64,000 bases of DNA, taken from Narcine bancroftii. Lineage: Eukaryota. Location: assembly GCF_036971445.1 (NCBI RefSeq), contig NC_091473.1, positions 206,026,001-206,090,000 on the forward strand, given 5' to 3'. A program made the translations under genes and the position numbers. The notes beneath the pieces were generated by a model. The model was not told the DNA's origin, ran no database searches, and was given only the letters and a program-made list of their open reading frames with translations. Shown in pieces: positions 63,037-64,000 of this stretch (position 1 is its first letter; the number at the start of each line of letters is the position of its first letter).

Positions 63037-63970
63037 GTTTGTTTCACTTCATGTCATAAAAGGATCGATGGATGTACAGAATGTACCGATTCTCTTAGAT
63101 TCGCCGTCAGTAGCAGCCGTAGCTCGTCTTAATGTTGGTCGCTCACATCAACGATCTCGCTAAGTTCTTTCGCTTCTATGTTTGCAGATATATTGTCCTT
63201 CCAATCCGCTGTTTGTCAGTTGTTGGTGCAGCAGAGTAGTAGGGTGATTGAGTAGCATTTGTGTTGCTGCCTTTGGTTTGCCGGATATTATTTATACTCA
63301 CCCATGAAGTACTATGTGGTGTAGATTTGAGACTACTCCACCTTTCGTATTGCTATCTGCAAGCAGGAATTGTAGAATTGAAGTCATTATAAATATTAAA
63401 ATTGAAGATGAAAATCTCTGCCATACTGCTTTTGTGGAATGGGGCCGCCAGGACTGAATGGACTTTGAAGTAACCAGAAAAGAGGCCTTAAGATGGAGTA
63501 CAGTTGGTAGCAGCATTGGCGGGCGAAATGATATAAAGGATTCTGGAAATGCATACCTTCTGTTGCAGGCAGTAAGGTCAAAGATACAAGATGCGAAGGT
63601 ACTGATTCACGTTATTATGGATATCGAGGGCGTTAAAGTCCTTGATCAGGCTGAAAAACATTAGGCTGCTGTCAATATTTTTTTTTGCATTGGATGCTAT
63701 GCGATGGGAATGTATCGGAAATTTGTAGGTGGGAACGAAATGCATAATTATAGTCATCTGTACAGTGGCATCCTATAACGGTGAAAGCATGAGTTTAAGT
63801 TAGATGTTGCCATTCATTAAGAATATGAAATGCTGTTCGTGGATGTAGGGATACTTGGAATTTGCTTTTTAAACGATTAATGAAGAAGTGTTTAATAAAA
63901 TAATCTTGCTGCATTAACGATTTCAATACATGAAATTAAACATTTTTCATTACATAGTCTCTTGTCTCCG
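63037..63970 (+). repeat. Paralog of the V1-upstream block 6357-7317
   Basis: Colinear high similarity. Confidence 0.88.
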
Positions 63971-64000
63971 CATTTTCAATCAGTCAAGTAAACAAAGAAA

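Noticed and set aside
1-64000. IgH-like V segments (TAILV) or D, J, C segments
   Set aside because: No IgVH-like framework (WVRQ, YYCAR), FGxG J motif with a 12-RSS, or constant exon was recognised by eye; a profile search could still find decayed ones.

Overview
Eukaryotic (vertebrate) genomic DNA with five assembly gaps. It is most consistent with the V-segment cluster of a T-cell receptor alpha/delta locus in a cartilaginous fish; this is an inference from the V sequences and the CR1/L1/RTE/V-SINE/Gypsy repeat landscape. Two + strand V segments have a leader exon, an intron, an open V exon and a 23-bp-spacer RSS: V1 at 8569-9442, and V3 at 58549/58594-59070, whose expected start codon reads ATA. 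Around them are at least four decayed V pseudogenes (about 12.9, 18.8, 42.3 and 46.1+55.4 kb) and one possible remnant (24.25 kb), set in a tandemly duplicated cassette. Roughly two thirds of the window is retroelement DNA, much of it nested: L1 in L1 with an RTE inside; a near-intact Gypsy with 176-bp LTRs; a degenerate epsilon-like endogenous retrovirus holding a solo LTR and a second Gypsy; and a four-layer stack (CR1 in CR1 in Gypsy in a V exon). There are no prokaryotic features or CRISPR arrays. I found no convincing wholly new system. The most unusual signals are a tRNA-less, LTR-complementary primer-site hairpin in one Gypsy, a possibly ORF1-only L1, the ATA-start V gene, and a templated inverted insertion. 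All coordinates and alignments were read by eye.
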